Below, piece by piece: positions 27,066-37,446 of a DNA stretch of 64,000 bases. This DNA comes from Bacilli bacterium (GTDB lineage Bacteria > Bacillota_I > Bacilli_A > RF39 > UBA660), in contig JAFUCZ010000030.1 of NCBI GenBank assembly GCA_017459425.1, positions 4,096-68,095 of the forward strand, in the 5' to 3' direction. The notes below the pieces were generated by a model. It made no database searches, was not told the origin of the DNA, and worked only from the letters and a program-made list of their open reading frames with translations. The translations under genes and the position numbers were made by a program. Position 1 is the first letter of the stretch, and each line of letters begins with the position of its first letter.

Positions 27066-28853
27066 TTGAGAAATGAAAGGATGTTAAATAGTATGTTAAA
27101 ATTATTTAAAAATTTTAAAAAGAAAGATATTATATCAATATTAGTTATTATTGCTTTGATAGTTTTACAAGTCTGGCTTGATTTGAAAATGCCTGATTAT
27201 ATGTCAGCTATAACACGTCTTGTTCAAACTGAAGGAAGCAAAATGGCAGAGATTTTAAAAAATGGTGGATTTATGCTTTTATGTGCATTAGGTAGTTTAG
27301 TATCTGCAATAATTGTAGGGTATATTACTTCTGATGTTTCTGCTAGTTTTTCAAAAAATATTAGAAAAAAAATATTTAGTAAAGTAGAGTCATTAAGTCT
27401 TCATGAAATTAAACAATTTTCTGTAAGTAGTTTAATTACTAGAACTACAAATGATATTACACAAATCGAAATGCTTATTGCAATGGGACTTCAACTTTTG
27501 ATAAAGGCTCCTATTACTGCTGTGTGGGCAGTTACAAAAATACTAAATAAGAGTTGGGAATGGAGTGCACTTACGGGAATAGCTGTAGTAATACTTTTAG
27601 GAATGATTACTTTTGTTATGGTATTGGTTTTACCAAAGTTTAAAAAGGTTCAAAAACTTACTGATAAATTAAATGGAGTTACAAGAGAAGAAATTACAGG
27701 TATACGTGTAGTACGTGCTTTTAATGCTGAAAAATATAGTGAGGAAAGATTTGATGAAGTAAATAATACTTTAACTAAAACTCAACTTTTTACTCAAAGA
27801 TCTTTTGCAATTATGCAACCGGTTATGTTTATTGTTTTGTATTTTTTAACTCTTGGAATTTATTTTGTAGGTGCTTATTTAATAGATGGTGCTTTAATGT
27901 CAGAGAAATTAACGTTGTTTGGAGATATGGTGGTTTTTTCAAGTTATGCTATGCAAGTAATAATGTCATTTTTGATGTTGGCAATGATTTTTATGATGTT
28001 ACCAAGAGCAGGTGTATCTGCATCACGTATTAATGAAGTATTAGATACAGATATTACTATTAAAGAAGGTAATTTTGATGGTAATACTAAAGAAAAAGGA
28101 ACTGTAGAATTTAAAAATGTATCATTTAAATATCCGGATGCGGAGGATTATTTATTAAGAGATATTTCTTTTAAAGCAAATAAAGGAGAAACAGTTGCGT
28201 TTATTGGTTCGACTGGAAGTGGTAAATCTACTCTTATTAATTTGGTACCTAGATTTTATGATGCTACTGAAGGTGAAGTATTAATTGATGGGGTAAATGT
28301 AAAAGAATACAAAGAGTATGCTTTAAATAATAAAATTGGATATGTTTCACAAAAAGCATTTATGTTTGATGGTACAATATCATCTAATGTATCTTATGGT
28401 GATAATGGCAAAGACGATGTGACACCAGAACAAATAAAAAAAGCAATTAGTGTTGCTCAAGCGACTGAATTTGTTGAAACAATGGAAGATTCTTATGATT
28501 CACATATAGCGCAAGGTGGTACTAATGTATCTGGTGGTCAGAAACAAAGAATATCAATTGCTCGTGCTATAGCAAGAAATCCTGAAATATATATATTTGA
28601 TGATTCTTTTAGTGCTCTTGATTATAAAACAGATTTAAGTTTAAGAAAGGAATTGAAAAAATATACGAAGGATGCAACTTGTTTAATTGTTGCTCAAAGG
28701 ATTGGTACGATTATGAATGCAGATAAAATTGTCGTTTTGGATAATGGAAAATGTGTTGGAATTGGTACCCATAAAGAATTGTTAAAAAAATGTGATGTTT
28801 ATAAAGAAATAGCGTTATCACAACTTTCAAAGGAGGAATTAGAAAATGGCTAA
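27066..28853 (+). CDS. ABC exporter, fused permease/ATPase subunit (heterodimeric multidrug-type); start uncertain (27066/27081/27093)
   Basis: Six-TM domain followed by an NBD with GSTGSGKST, signature VSGGQKQRISIARA and Walker B IYIFDDSFSALD. Confidence 0.9.
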   Translation: MRNERMLNSMLKLFKNFKKKDIISILVIIALIVLQVWLDLKMPDYMSAITRLVQTEGSKMAEILKNGGFMLLCALGSLVSAIIVGYITSDVSASFSKNIRKKIFSKVESLSLHEIKQFSVSSLITRTTNDITQIEMLIAMGLQLLIKAPITAVWAVTKILNKSWEWSALTGIAVVILLGMITFVMVLVLPKFKKVQKLTDKLNGVTREEITGIRVVRAFNAEKYSEERFDEVNNTLTKTQLFTQRSFAIMQPVMFIVLYFLTLGIYFVGAYLIDGALMSEKLTLFGDMVVFSSYAMQVIMSFLMLAMIFMMLPRAGVSASRINEVLDTDITIKEGNFDGNTKEKGTVEFKNVSFKYPDAEDYLLRDISFKANKGETVAFIGSTGSGKSTLINLVPRFYDATEGEVLIDGVNVKEYKEYALNNKIGYVSQKAFMFDGTISSNVSYGDNGKDDVTPEQIKKAISVAQATEFVETMEDSYDSHIAQGGTNVSGGQKQRISIARAIARNPEIYIFDDSFSALDYKTDLSLRKELKKYTKDATCLIVAQRIGTIMNADKIVVLDNGKCVGIGTHKELLKKCDVYKEIALSQLSKEELENG

Positions 28854-30996
28854 ACCTATGGGACCAGGTAGAGGTATACCTGAAAAATCAAAAAATTTTA
28901 GTGGTTCTGTAAAAAGACTATTTAGCGAATTATCAAATTTTAAAATAGTTATCGGTATTGCACTTATATTAGCTGTTGCAGGTTCTATTCTTTCTATTAT
29001 AGCTCCTGATAAGTTATCTAAATTGACGGATGAAATTTCAAAAGGACTTGTTGTAAATAAAGATAATATGGCAACTGTTACTGAAAATATTACGAATAAT
29101 TTTAAGAATATTGATGTTTCTAAAGTTATGACGAGTCCGTCTTTAACTAGTGAAGAAAAACAAGAATTTGTTCAGATGATGAGTAATGCAGATAAAGATG
29201 ATGAAAAGTCATTAATAAAATCATTTTCTGATTTAAATGAAAATATCCAAAATGTATTATTGCCTGAAATTGAGGTGGATGGTAATTATATAAATGGTGT
29301 AGATCAGACTAAATATTTATGCTTATTAAGTGAAATGAGTAAGGAAGTTACTCCGAATGAATTATATAAGAAAATAGACAAGATGCCTAAATCAATTCAA
29401 AAATCTATAAAACCATTTATGGATATGGATAAAATAAAAAGTATAGTTATGCTTATAGCTATTATATATGTTTGTTCATCGTTATTTACTTATATTCAAT
29501 CGTTTATAATGGCAACAGTTTCGAATAAATTTGCAAGGAATTTAAGATCAAGAATTTCTAAAAAAATAAATAAATTACCTCTTAAATATTTTGATAAGAA
29601 TCAAACTGGAGATACTTTATCGAGGGTAACAAATGATGTAGATACTATTGCTCAAAGTATGAATCAATCATTAGCGTCTTTTATTAGTTCGATAACTTTA
29701 TTTTTAGGTACTATTATAATGATGTTTCATACAAATTATATTTTAGCGTTTACTGCAATAATTGCTAGTTTGTTTGGATTTGCATTTATGTTTAAAATAC
29801 TTGGTAAATCGCAGAAATATTTTACTAAACGTCAAGAAGAATTGGGTAAAATTAATTCACATATTGAAGAAACATACACTGGGTTGCTTGTTGTAAAAGC
29901 ATATAATGGAAAAAAAGTGTCAGATAAGAAATTTGATGAATGTAATGAAAAGGTTTTTGAAGCAAATAAAAAAAGTCAGTTTTTATCTGGACTTATGATG
30001 CCTATGATGGCTTTTGTAGGTAATTTTGGTTATGTTGCGGTATGTATTGTTGGAGCATTACTAACTCAAAAAGGAACAATATCTTTTGGTGTTATAGTTG
30101 CTTTTATAACTTATGTTAGATTGTTTACTCAGCCACTTTCTTCTATCGCACAAGCATTTACTTCTCTTCAATCTACTGCAGCTGCAGGTGAAAGGGTATT
30201 TGAGTTTTTGGATGAGGAAGAAATGGATAAGGAAGATGATATTAAGACAACTTTAGATAAAGATAAGGCTAAAGGAAATATTGAATTTAGTAATGTTACA
30301 TTTGGTTATGATGAAGATAAATTGATAATTAAAAACTTTACAGCTAAGGCACGTGATGGTCAGAAAATAGCAATTGTTGGTCCAACAGGTGCTGGTAAGA
30401 CTACGATGGTTAATTTGTTAATGAAATTTTATGAAATTAATAGTGGAGATATAAAAATAGATGGGATATCCACTAAAGAACTATCAAGGGATAATATTCA
30501 TTCTTTATTTACGATGGTATTGCAAGATACATGGTTATTTGACGGTACTTTGAGAGATAATATTGTTTATAACAGAGAAAATGTATCGGATAAAAAAATT
30601 ATGGAAATATGTGATACTGTAGGACTTACACATTTTGTTAAAACATTACCAAATGGATTAGATACACAAATGAATGAAAATGACTCGGTATCAGCTGGGC
30701 AAAAACAATTGATTACTATTGCTCGTGGAATGGTAGAAGATGCACCTTTCTTGATTTTAGATGAAGCTACAAGTAATGTTGATACAAGAACTGAAGAATT
30801 AGTTCAAAAAGCTATGGATAAATTAACAGCTGGTAGAACATCGTTTATAATAGCGCATCGTCTTTCTACTATCAAAAATGCCGATTTAATATTAGTTATG
30901 AAGGATGGAAATATTATAGAGCAGGGTAATCATGATGATTTAATGAAACAAAATGGTTTTTACTCTGATTTATATAATTCTCAATTTGAACTATAA
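28846..30996 (+). CDS. ABC exporter, fused permease/ATPase subunit with a roughly 150-aa extracytoplasmic insert after TM1
   Basis: NBD with GPTGAGKTT, VSAGQKQLITIARG and LILDEATSNVD. Overlaps the upstream partner by 8 nt. Confidence 0.9.
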   Translation: MAKPMGPGRGIPEKSKNFSGSVKRLFSELSNFKIVIGIALILAVAGSILSIIAPDKLSKLTDEISKGLVVNKDNMATVTENITNNFKNIDVSKVMTSPSLTSEEKQEFVQMMSNADKDDEKSLIKSFSDLNENIQNVLLPEIEVDGNYINGVDQTKYLCLLSEMSKEVTPNELYKKIDKMPKSIQKSIKPFMDMDKIKSIVMLIAIIYVCSSLFTYIQSFIMATVSNKFARNLRSRISKKINKLPLKYFDKNQTGDTLSRVTNDVDTIAQSMNQSLASFISSITLFLGTIIMMFHTNYILAFTAIIASLFGFAFMFKILGKSQKYFTKRQEELGKINSHIEETYTGLLVVKAYNGKKVSDKKFDECNEKVFEANKKSQFLSGLMMPMMAFVGNFGYVAVCIVGALLTQKGTISFGVIVAFITYVRLFTQPLSSIAQAFTSLQSTAAAGERVFEFLDEEEMDKEDDIKTTLDKDKAKGNIEFSNVTFGYDEDKLIIKNFTAKARDGQKIAIVGPTGAGKTTMVNLLMKFYEINSGDIKIDGISTKELSRDNIHSLFTMVLQDTWLFDGTLRDNIVYNRENVSDKKIMEICDTVGLTHFVKTLPNGLDTQMNENDSVSAGQKQLITIARGMVEDAPFLILDEATSNVDTRTEELVQKAMDKLTAGRTSFIIAHRLSTIKNADLILVMKDGNIIEQGNHDDLMKQNGFYSDLYNSQFEL

Positions 30997-31014
30997 AATA
31001 TTTAAAAATATAGA

Positions 31015-31047
31015 AATATAACATTTTTAGATGTTATATTTTTTTGT
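31015..31047 (+). terminator. Rho-independent terminator ending the ABC operon
   Basis: Perfect 10-bp stem aatataacat/atgttatatt, loop ttttag, then T6. Confidence 0.75.
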
Positions 31048-31133
31048 TTAAAAAATAGTTTTAATTATTATATTGTCTTTTCTTTTTGCCAAAAATGAGT
31101 TATAATGGTAAAGGTAGGATAGGAGGCAAATAT

Positions 31134-32669
31134 ATGATTCTAAGAAAACCATATGCATTTCTTATAAAACAGTTTAGAATTATTCATCTTCTTTTGTCTT
31201 TTGTCGTTGCCTATTTAATATATAATACAACAGACATTTTAAAAATATATAATTCTTATATTTCATCGAAACAATTAGGCGATATATCAGTTTTATCTAG
31301 ACCTCTAATGTTTTTAGCGCTTTTTGTTTTTATAGTTTCTATTTTGATTGTTGCGATAGTCTTAAAAATAAAGAAAAAGCCTATCATGCTTTATGTAATA
31401 AATACAGTTATTACTATCACTGTAATTGGAGTTTATGCATATGCTTATTCTACATTGAAAACTCTTCAAATAGGAGCAGTAGATATTAGAATTGTAAGAG
31501 CTATAAGAGATATTTTGATTATTCTTGTTTTTTTACAAGGCATTCAATTTATAACACTTTTTGTAAGAGCTACAGGATTTGATATTAAAAAATTTGATTT
31601 TGGTGCGGATTTAATTGGACTTCAAATAACTGATGAAGATAGAGAAGAAGTAGAGGTAAGTTTAGAAGTTGATTCTGATGCATCAAAAAGAAAAATTGTT
31701 GGATTTTTAAGAAATTTCAAATATACATATATTGAAAATAAATTGCTATTTAATATATTATTTTCAAGTATATTTTTAGCTATATTAGTGTTTGTTGGAT
31801 ACAAAATAATTTTTAAAAGTAAAATATATGAAATAGGTGAAAAATTTACTATTGATAATGTTGTCATTAGTGTTAATAATTCATATATGACAGATAAAAA
31901 TTATAATGGTGAGGTTATAACTAGTGAATATGAATATGTGATTTTAGATTTATCAGTTAAATCTATTCTAGATAATCAAAGATTAAATTTGGGAAATATG
32001 TATTTATCGATAAATGGAAAAAAATATTTTGCTATAACTACAAATACAAATAATTTTATTGATTTAGGTAAGGTATACTCTAATCAGGTGTTAAGCAAGG
32101 AAGATTTTGATAAATATTTGATTGTGTTCAAAGTTTTAAAAAGTGATGTAGAAACGCAAATAAAATTGGTAGTTAATAGTTCTATAAATAGTGGCAAATA
32201 CGAGCAAGTTAATATTGGTAAGTTAGTTAATGATAGTGTTGGTGATACAAAAATTTATGGTTTTGATGATGAATTAACTTTTGACACTGAATATTTAAAA
32301 GGATATTTAAATATTTCCGGTATTGAACTTTCACATGAATTTCATGAGAATTACTCATATTGCTATAAGGAAAATTGTGATATTTATGATTATTATGTAG
32401 TTGCTTCATCTTTGAAAAATTATAATACAACTTTAATAAAGTTAGATGCTTCGTTTGAATCCGAAAATACTGATTTTACGCAATTTATTAAAAATTATGG
32501 CATTATTAGATATGGTAATGATGAATCTCAAAAGTATAGTCAGATTGAGATGGTTGAATCTAAAACAGACAATTATTATTTAGAAGTTAATAGTGATATT
32601 AATAATGCTTCCAATATATATTTAGATTTAAATTTAAGAAACAACAAATATACTATTAAATTGAAATAA
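31134..32669 (+). CDS. Polytopic membrane protein with large extracytoplasmic C-terminal domain; first gene of the pilus operon; function unknown
   Basis: AGGAGG RBS 7 nt before ATG 31134 (the track ORF uses an upstream TTG). Four N-terminal TMs, an acidic loop (DEDREEVEVSLEVDSD), a fifth TM, then a roughly 280-aa beta-rich domain. 10-nt gap to the next gene. Confidence 0.55.
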   Translation: MILRKPYAFLIKQFRIIHLLLSFVVAYLIYNTTDILKIYNSYISSKQLGDISVLSRPLMFLALFVFIVSILIVAIVLKIKKKPIMLYVINTVITITVIGVYAYAYSTLKTLQIGAVDIRIVRAIRDILIILVFLQGIQFITLFVRATGFDIKKFDFGADLIGLQITDEDREEVEVSLEVDSDASKRKIVGFLRNFKYTYIENKLLFNILFSSIFLAILVFVGYKIIFKSKIYEIGEKFTIDNVVISVNNSYMTDKNYNGEVITSEYEYVILDLSVKSILDNQRLNLGNMYLSINGKKYFAITTNTNNFIDLGKVYSNQVLSKEDFDKYLIVFKVLKSDVETQIKLVVNSSINSGKYEQVNIGKLVNDSVGDTKIYGFDDELTFDTEYLKGYLNISGIELSHEFHENYSYCYKENCDIYDYYVVASSLKNYNTTLIKLDASFESENTDFTQFIKNYGIIRYGNDESQKYSQIEMVESKTDNYYLEVNSDINNASNIYLDLNLRNNKYTIKLK

Positions 32670-32679
32670 GAGGTGAATT

Positions 32680-33327
32680 ATGAAAAAAACAAAATTGATA
32701 ATTGTAATGATATTTGCTTTTATTATTTCATTTAATGTAAGTGCTGAGTGTTCTATTGATGAATTGTCAAGATTGAAAAATACTGCAACAAATATTCAAT
32801 TTGTATATTATCCATATGAAGATAATGGTAATACTAAGTTCAATTTGATTATATCAAATTCAAAGGACTTCACATTTTATAATAATTTTATACAAGTAGA
32901 TTCTAATATGTATGGAGAAAATGGTGAAATTAGAATAAATGGTTTAAATCCGGGAGAAAATTATACATTCTATTTTTACTCTACTTCCGATAATTGCTTT
33001 GGCAATGAAGTGTATCGTAAAACAATATCTTTACCTAAAATAAATCCATATTATAATGATCCTGTGTGTAGTGGCAAGGAAGAATTTGATTTATGTAGCA
33101 AGTGGAAAGAAATAGCTATGTCATATGATGAGTTTGTTGAAAAAGTTAATTCATATCAGAAACAAGAAAAAACTGAGGAAAAAATTGAAGTTATACAAGA
33201 AGAAACATTATTAGACATGTTAATAGAAATTTATTTAAAATATTATTGGCTAATACTTGGTTCTATTGTAGTAATTGGAGTAACAATAATAATTGTTTTG
33301 AGAAGAAAAGATGATTTATTTAAGTAA
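32680..33327 (+). CDS. Secreted, C-terminally anchored protein (beta-sandwich-like ectodomain), function unknown
   Basis: Signal peptide MKKTKLIIVMIFAFIISFNVSA, four ectodomain Cys, and a C-terminal TM (YWLILGSIVVIGVTIIIVL). Confidence 0.55.
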   Translation: MKKTKLIIVMIFAFIISFNVSAECSIDELSRLKNTATNIQFVYYPYEDNGNTKFNLIISNSKDFTFYNNFIQVDSNMYGENGEIRINGLNPGENYTFYFYSTSDNCFGNEVYRKTISLPKINPYYNDPVCSGKEEFDLCSKWKEIAMSYDEFVEKVNSYQKQEKTEEKIEVIQEETLLDMLIEIYLKYYWLILGSIVVIGVTIIIVLRRKDDLFK

Positions 33328-33339
33328 GGAGGTGTATCT

Positions 33340-36168
33340 GTGAAAAAAAAGATTATAATCTTTGTTTTCTTATTTGCTTGTTGTTTTAGTGCAGGTATAG
33401 GTAAGACATTAGCTTTATTTTTTACACCAAAAATATTTTATTTTAATACTATAACTGCAATCAGTAATTACAACAAATATAAGCCAGTAGAATTTAATTC
33501 GATTAAAAATATTTCTAGTACTTTATCTTATTATACTGATGAAAAATCCGTAAAAGGCCAAGGGGTAATGTATTGGAATGATGGTACAAATACGACTTAT
33601 ACTTTTAATAATAAAAGAGTAATTTTTAAAATAACTAAAGAAAATGATTGTAGCAATAAAATTACTTTAAAGTTTAATATTACTTATGGTGACGGTAAAA
33701 CTGGTACTGCTACAGTTAAAACATCTTCTTGCAAAATAAACACTGATACGGCAACTTATGGTAAAGACAATAAAAAGTATTATGCTACTAAAACAAATGA
33801 TGATGGTAGTATATCATATGCTACATCCCCATCTATATCATTTTATATAAACGGTAATAAAGAATTAGAGATATTTACAAATGGATTAAAGCAGACTGAT
33901 TTTGAAATCACATATAATGAGAATAATCCTGTTTCTTCATCTCTTTTAGACATTGATAATTATCAAAGTTTTAAAATAGGTGGTACAAGCATAACAGCTG
34001 TTGTTAAACCCTCTAGTAATAAAGGTAACACGTACTATGATTTAAAACAACAGAGTTCTAATAATTTTACCATAGATGCACTTTGCCCTCCTAAAGTTAA
34101 TGTTTATTCGGGTTATAGTGAATGTGATCGACCTAATGATTTTGAATATGGTAAGTCTATGATATTATATAAGAAAAAATTAAGTATAAGCTTTATATTG
34201 GGCAAAAGATCTAACAATATTCAAATGAATTCTGGTGGATTTACTTTGAGTCGTGAAAACATATACAAAGACGTAACATGTGGTGATTTAAAAAACAATT
34301 GTCCATATGGGTATTCTTATAATAATAATGATAATGTAAAAATAGGTGATCATAATTTTAAAGATGTTTGCTGTCATACAACCCCTAACACATGTAGTAG
34401 TTTTTCTTGTCCTGCAGGTACGTTTAAAAATGCAAGTGCAAAAAACACAAATACAAATGGGATGACAGCTGATCAAAAAAAGAATGTGTGCTGTGTTAAT
34501 CAATGTGAGTATAAACCATCAAGCTTTGATACTGATGAGTCTAAAAAAGTATGTTGCGATTTCTTTAAAAATGATAATTATAAAAATTTACCAAGTGGTA
34601 AAACAATAGATAATTTTAAAGATGATTTTCCAGAATGTTTTGAGGGTTCAAAAGTGGAATTTGACCATAACGATGAAATATGCGAAACTGGAAAAACTAA
34701 AACAATAAAGTATAGTTCATATATGAATATAAATGGTAATAAAGAATATTCTTGGTTTAATAATTTAGATGGTTGGATTTATTTACTTAATAAGGAAAAT
34801 ATAATTGATAAAACTAATATTTCACAATTAAAAGAAAATAATTACATAACGGGTAATATTATTTCTGATGATTATTCTACATCATCTAGTTGTTCACTTG
34901 TTTGTGTAGATGAGATTAATCTAAATTTGCCTGGTGGACCTAATGCTTATGCACAGGCTGGACAACATATAGTATGGCCAAATAATAGTAACACAAAATT
35001 TCCTATAGCACCTTTAAGTGTTAATCAAGGATTGGTTTGTAGAGCAATTACAAGTAATGTTATAAATGCTGATATAAAAACAGCTTGTGATAAGTGGGGA
35101 TTGGATACTGTTAAAAGTGTTAATGCAAGTACTACTTCAAATTTCAGTTTGCAGTATTCAGGTGGTAGTTTTGATGTCAATGTTGATTTAAAAAGTGAAA
35201 ATCAATCTGAGAAGAATGTTACTTCTAGTTCTGTTGCACTCCCAACAAGAAGTTCAAATTTGTATAGAGTGAACCAAACATCAAATTATGAATTAAATCA
35301 AACAACTTTTACATATTCATACAAAAATAAAAATATTTTACCTGCTTCAGATAATTCTATTTTAGGTAGTAATATAAATATTGGTTATGGCGTATTGCCA
35401 ATAGATTGGAATAGTAAAGTAGATGATGAATATACTTTAAATTTAAAATATAATTTAGATTCAACATCCGAGGACATTTCAGGGGATTATACATGTAAAT
35501 TTAATATAGATCCGCCTGGTGGAAGTAGTGATTCTTGTCCTTTATATACATATTATCCTAATGGTAAAAGTGAAGAATTTACTAAATGCTTAAATGAAGG
35601 TGGGACTAAGAAACAATGTATAAATGATGTGTGTTATCCGGATATGAAAAAGTATTGTCCTAAAGATTGCGTAAATGGTAAATGTACTTTAACATCCCAG
35701 TCAAGTCGATATAGATTGTGTCTATATACTACTGGACAAGGGGTTGAGCATTGTCTTAAAACATATTGCGATCAAAATAATGACACTGTTGTGTATAGGA
35801 CAATTTCACTTTCTGATCCATTTCCAGGTATAAGTGGAGAAGGAAGAGCGCATGGTTCAAATTGGTCAGATGAAGATGTTACTAAAGTTATAACGAATAA
35901 ACAAGATGTCTACGAAAAAGAACCTATGTATGAAATAACTTTGGGACCATCAAGCATTAAAGCAATAAGAGAGTACAATGATAATGCTGATAAAATGTAT
36001 GGATATTTAGATTTTTCATTAGAATGTAATAAAGATGGCAAGGAATGTAGAATGAACGATTTTCTGTTTGATCAAAATATATCAAATATATTTAATACAA
36101 ATACTTGCGGTTGGCAAATACATAGTGATAAAACACAAAATTGGAACGGATGTGATTCGAGGTGGTAA
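33340..36168 (+). CDS. Large (942 aa) secreted Cys-rich protein, candidate pilus-associated adhesin or substrate; no family recognised
   Basis: GTG start after AGGAGG. Signal peptide MKKKIIIFVFLFACCFSAGIG. Dense Cys clusters (VCCHTTPNTCSSFSCPAG, NVCCVNQCEY, KVCCDFF, CPKDCVNGKCTL). No LPXTG and no C-terminal TM. Confidence 0.55.
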   Translation: MKKKIIIFVFLFACCFSAGIGKTLALFFTPKIFYFNTITAISNYNKYKPVEFNSIKNISSTLSYYTDEKSVKGQGVMYWNDGTNTTYTFNNKRVIFKITKENDCSNKITLKFNITYGDGKTGTATVKTSSCKINTDTATYGKDNKKYYATKTNDDGSISYATSPSISFYINGNKELEIFTNGLKQTDFEITYNENNPVSSSLLDIDNYQSFKIGGTSITAVVKPSSNKGNTYYDLKQQSSNNFTIDALCPPKVNVYSGYSECDRPNDFEYGKSMILYKKKLSISFILGKRSNNIQMNSGGFTLSRENIYKDVTCGDLKNNCPYGYSYNNNDNVKIGDHNFKDVCCHTTPNTCSSFSCPAGTFKNASAKNTNTNGMTADQKKNVCCVNQCEYKPSSFDTDESKKVCCDFFKNDNYKNLPSGKTIDNFKDDFPECFEGSKVEFDHNDEICETGKTKTIKYSSYMNINGNKEYSWFNNLDGWIYLLNKENIIDKTNISQLKENNYITGNIISDDYSTSSSCSLVCVDEINLNLPGGPNAYAQAGQHIVWPNNSNTKFPIAPLSVNQGLVCRAITSNVINADIKTACDKWGLDTVKSVNASTTSNFSLQYSGGSFDVNVDLKSENQSEKNVTSSSVALPTRSSNLYRVNQTSNYELNQTTFTYSYKNKNILPASDNSILGSNINIGYGVLPIDWNSKVDDEYTLNLKYNLDSTSEDISGDYTCKFNIDPPGGSSDSCPLYTYYPNGKSEEFTKCLNEGGTKKQCINDVCYPDMKKYCPKDCVNGKCTLTSQSSRYRLCLYTTGQGVEHCLKTYCDQNNDTVVYRTISLSDPFPGISGEGRAHGSNWSDEDVTKVITNKQDVYEKEPMYEITLGPSSIKAIREYNDNADKMYGYLDFSLECNKDGKECRMNDFLFDQNISNIFNTNTCGWQIHSDKTQNWNGCDSRW

Positions 36169-36171
36169 TTT

Positions 36172-36573
36172 ATGAATGAGTCTTTTTGGGGAATTGGTAT
36201 AATTTCTTTTGGAATTATTGGAGTATTCTTTATACTATTTTTCCAAGATGTTACTAATACTGATGAGCACAATTATAATTTACTTAAGGAAACTACAGAA
36301 TCAGCCATGTATGATGCATTTGATTATACTTCGTATTATGAAAATGGTACGGTTCGAATTGATAGAGAAAAATTTGTTGAAAATTTTGTTAGAAGGTTTG
36401 CTGAAAACGCAACTTTAGCAAACACTTATAAGATAAAAATATATGATATTAACGAGACACCTCCTAAGGTAAGTTTAAGTGTATCAAGTAGTAAGACTGC
36501 CGGATTCACTGGTGAGGTTGTTGAGTTTAATATACCAAATAGGCTTGATGCTATTTTAGAAACGCCATATTAA
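36172..36573 (+). CDS. Small N-terminally anchored protein, possible minor pilin/pseudopilin
   Basis: The N-terminus MNESFWGIGIISFGIIGVFFILFF resembles the leaders of the three pilin-like ORFs at 40436-41589. Starts 3 nt after the previous stop codon. Confidence 0.4.
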   Translation: MNESFWGIGIISFGIIGVFFILFFQDVTNTDEHNYNLLKETTESAMYDAFDYTSYYENGTVRIDREKFVENFVRRFAENATLANTYKIKIYDINETPPKVSLSVSSSKTAGFTGEVVEFNIPNRLDAILETPY

Positions 36574-36594
36574 GAGTAAAGAGGAGGAGATTTT

Positions 36595-37446
36595 ATGAAT
36601 AATTTTACAAATTCAATTAAGCGTTTTTTCAAAAACAAAAATACTGTAACCGTATTAGGCGTAGTATTAGTAGTCGCTATATTATACTTTGGTTACAAAT
36701 ATGAAATAAAGAAAGCTGTTGATCCAGTTACTGGAATACCTGTTGCTGCACAAGATATACAACCTAGAACAAAAATAACATCTGACATGGTTACTTCAAT
36801 TGATGTAGCGCCAATTATGCTTAAGGAAAATGTTATTAGGAGTACAGGATTAGTTATCGGTAAATATAGTAATTATAATACTATGATTCCAAAGGGGAGC
36901 ATGTTTTATACTGGTGTAGTTGTAGAAGAAAGTCAACTACCTAATGCTGCTTTAGTTAATGCTAAAGAAGATGAAATTGTTTTCCCATTTCCAGTTAATA
37001 TGGATTTAACTTATGGTAATTCAATGATGCCAAATACTCTTGTTGATATTTACATGAAGGCAACTGATGAATCAGGTAAAATAATGGTTGGTAAATTACT
37101 TGGTGATGTAGAAATACTTGCAGTAAAAGATTCTAGTGGTAAAAATGTATTTGAAAATACTGCGGAAGCTAGAACACCAGCATATTTATATTTTGGATTT
37201 GAACAAAGTGTATTTATTTTAATGAAAAAAGCATCATATTTAAATGATGTAACATTATTCCCAGTACCTAGAGGACAAGTTGTTAATGAAGAAAATGCTA
37301 CGACAGTTAAAACTCAGTATTTAAAGGATTATATTGATGCAAGAACTATAACAATAAGCGAAGATGAAATAATTAACGAAACAAAAACAAATAATACAAA
37401 TACTAGTGATAACAGTAATACTACTAATAATGGGAATACAAATTAA
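36595..37446 (+). CDS. cpaB: CpaB/RcpC-like Flp pilus assembly protein (SAF domain)
   Basis: N-terminal TM followed by the SAF-type block IPVAAQDIQPRTKITSDMVTSIDVAPIMLKENVIRSTGLVIGKYSNYNTMIPKGSMF. Confidence 0.7.
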   Translation: MNNFTNSIKRFFKNKNTVTVLGVVLVVAILYFGYKYEIKKAVDPVTGIPVAAQDIQPRTKITSDMVTSIDVAPIMLKENVIRSTGLVIGKYSNYNTMIPKGSMFYTGVVVEESQLPNAALVNAKEDEIVFPFPVNMDLTYGNSMMPNTLVDIYMKATDESGKIMVGKLLGDVEILAVKDSSGKNVFENTAEARTPAYLYFGFEQSVFILMKKASYLNDVTLFPVPRGQVVNEENATTVKTQYLKDYIDARTITISEDEIINETKTNNTNTSDNSNTTNNGNTN

